64,000 bases of DNA from Octopus sinensis. Its lineage: Eukaryota. Made by a program: the position numbers and the translations under genes. A model generated the notes under the pieces. That model saw only the letters and a program-made list of their open reading frames with translations, did no database searches and was not told the origin of the DNA. The DNA is taken from assembly GCF_006345805.1 (NCBI RefSeq), contig NC_043005.1:90024001-90088000 (forward strand). Direction: 5' to 3'. Below are positions 61,420 to 64,000 of this stretch, piece by piece (within the stretch, counting starts at the first letter, position 1; each line of letters begins with the position of its first letter).

Positions 61420-63125
61420 GATGCGTTTTTCTTATACTTCTTTTGATTTTCAAAATTAAGATAAACAAATTTCTTTTTTAATCTAAAACATACTGTCCTT
61501 CATTTCCCAAAATGGTCTTCAATCTATCTGGTAGACTTGCAAGGCCCCTCTTCCAAAATTCATTTATCCGTGACGAAAAATACTGCTTCAGTAATGTTCT
61601 GACCTCATCTACAGAATACATATTTTTTCCGTCCAAAAGATTTTAAAGACTGCGGAATAAACGATAATCAGATGAGGCAATGTCTAGGGAATTGGTGGAT
61701 GGGGCATATTTTCCCATTCAAACTACTTTAGCCTTTGGAATGCCATCCTCGCTGTATATGGCTGAGCATTATCCTGATGGAAGAACACCTTTCGTCTTGA
61801 AACCAAAGATAGTTGTTTTTCTTCTAGCGCTTACTTAAGACGCTCAAGCTGCTCGCAGTAGATCTCCTTTATTATCGTTTGGTTTGGGTTTAAATGTTCA
61901 AAGTAGACTAAACCTTTCATATCCCATCAAACAAATAACAACACCTCTCATAGGCGAAAGCCTTCTTTAGCATGGGGTTCCGGTGTTTCTCCTATCCCTA
62001 CCCACTGTCTTCGGCGTTTGACATTTTTATAGAGAACTCATTTCTCGTCACCAGTCACTATTCGGTCGAAAAAAAGGTCATACAAAGAAGAGCATACATT
62101 CACTCTCTGCGCGCGATTAGAATCGGAAAGTTTGTGTGGAACTCATTGACCCAATTTGCTGATTTTCCCGATGGCACACAGGTGTCGGTGAATGAATGTC
62201 CAAATCCAAGTTTCTTTGCTATGAGTGGAAATCAAAAACTTATCCACACTTTCGCCATAACATATCTTTATTATTGCCACACTGCTTTCTGCACATGCAT
62301 GCCTATAGTTGGTACTGTTGTGGTCACATGATCGAAGATTGATCCTGATCGCGCCATTTTTCTTTCTGGCTTTACAGTGTGAGTATGACCGCTTGACAAG
62401 CAATATGCACCGAAAAGACCCCAAAGAGCAGTGAACCGATTTCTCTAGTCCAAAGGTGTGTCAAGTGCTGAAATTCATTGGCGGTTTTTAGCATAATACA
62501 GAGACAGTGCACTACCGCGTAGAAGTGTGTATGAGTGGCCCGAGAAGCTTAAAAGTGATCAGAAAAGCGTGATGTACGAAGAGAGAACAGAACACCGTCA
62601 ACCTCCACCACTGACGAGAAGATTCAGCTAGCACGAGAGATGGTGTTGCTGAAGCGGTTTACCATTACCATCTCTCGGATCACTAGTCTTTGTTCTTCTT
62701 TGGTGCACATGCCTAGTAGAGCGGCCATGCTTACACTGTAAAACCAGAAAGAAAAATGGCGCTATAAGGATCAAACTTTGATCACGTGACCGCAAATAGT
62801 ACCAACTATAAACCACGATGCGCAGAAGGCAGTATGACAATAACAAAAATGTTTTAGCGAAAGTGCAGATAAATTATGACTTCTCGTAGTTCCTCAACAG
62901 TTACGATGGGATTTTGTTCCACCAAAGTTTGCAGGACGTCCTCGTCGAGCTCTACAGATCTCCCAGGGCGAAGCTCGTCTTCTAGGCTGTGGTTTCCGGG
63001 TAGGAATTTCCGGAACCATCGTTGACACTGGCTTACGCTTATTGTCCAATCCCCATATACAGCATTAATACTCTTCACCCTTTACGTTGCGTTGTTGCCT
63101 TTAGTGAACTCATAGATCAAAATAT
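61420..63125 (-). mobile_element. Degenerate mariner transposon interrupted by a second mariner-derived element
   Basis: INAVYG..CQRWF.KF..G..SLEDE.R.GR; KLGQ*VPHKLS (WVPHEL-like); HPP.S.DIASSDYRLF (YSPDLAPSDY-like). Confidence 0.85.
62222..62886 (+). mobile_element. Internally deleted mariner/MITE with ~160-bp imperfect TIRs and TA TSD
   Basis: TIRs ~62222-62395 and ~62720-62886; TA at 62220-21 and 62887-88; removing it restores host TVEEL|AKKLG; internal transposase relic PSTSTTDEKIQLAREMV. Confidence 0.85.
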
Positions 63126-63177
63126 ACCATATATATATATATTTGTATGTATGTATGTATGTATGTATGTATGTATG

Positions 63178-63240
<63 letters not shown>

Positions 63241-63761
63241 ACACACTTATATACTTCTATATATACACTCATATATTTCAGTAAGATAACAGGGTAATGC
63301 TGTTCGTACGACTGGCGGAGTGCTAGATGACTAGACGTAAAATAAAATAAAGCAGGATAAGATACAATATAGAGGGGAAGTGAAATGAAATAACATAAAG
63401 GGAAACGATATAGAATATAAAAAAGGGAGCAGAGTAGAAGGAGGTTTAAGTTTCTGTAATTGGTTGAGGGGATATAAAGGATCACAGATATAAAGGGTCA
63501 CGGATTAAAGGATCACGGATATAAAGGCTTTAATGGTTCATGGATGATATAAAAGTTTTAAAAGTCTAAGGATGTATAAAAGGCTTGTGGACATAGAGGT
63601 AGATTTAAAAGTAGACAGGAGATAGGTAGGGAGATGGACAGACAGGTAGATAACTGGCTTCAGAGCTAGATAGACAGGCAGTAAGAGCAATCAATATATA
63701 TGTATATGTGTGGTGTGCGCGCGCGTGTGTGTTTGTGTGTGTGACTGTGCTGTATACATAC

Positions 63762-63845
<84 letters not shown>

Positions 63846-64000
63846 CATAGATAGATTGATAGATAGATAGATCGATAGAGGAATTGGTAGGTGGGTGCAA
63901 AATAGCTTGGTTGGCAGATAGACAGATAGACATTTTAGCTTAGATGTGCGAAGTGACTTGCAAAATAACCTTACCTGACTGGTGATTGAGGTGTGTGTGT

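Overview
Repeat-rich eukaryotic genomic DNA, not prokaryotic. The SINE families, RTE tails and dense (AT)n/(ATAC)n/(GATA)n/(ATT)n microsatellites suggest a cephalopod such as Octopus (inference). The backbone is a large inverted (tail-to-tail) segmental duplication, arms ~755-20812 and ~23973-46790, carrying two spliced SLC22-family transporter paralogs. Copy A (+) has 5 exons visible at 3067-15287. Copy B (-) has 7 in-frame exons at 55872-31188. Introns are packed with R4/Dong-like REL-endonuclease retrotransposons sitting in (ATT)n tracts, RTE LINEs, a Tx1/L1 fragment, Penelope-like remnants, mariner elements, a Gypsy integrase relic and SINEs. The top finding is in intron 3 of copy B. A 492-bp unit is tandemly repeated and then inverted (52174-54394) inside a (TA)n tract, and each unit carries a complete type I hammerhead ribozyme fold with a palindromic stem III. 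That gives four complete copies, two per strand, in a retrozyme/circular-RNA-like array whose geometry fits rolling-circle reverse transcription with twin priming. A diverged relative sits in another (TA)n tract at 17052-17257. Several further hammerhead motifs occur, including a candidate non-circularly permuted one at 60713-60788. One exon is far more divergent between the paralogs than its neighbours. All ribozyme calls are by-eye folds and none is tested for cleavage. Most ORFs in the supplied track are microsatellite or antisense-TE artefacts.
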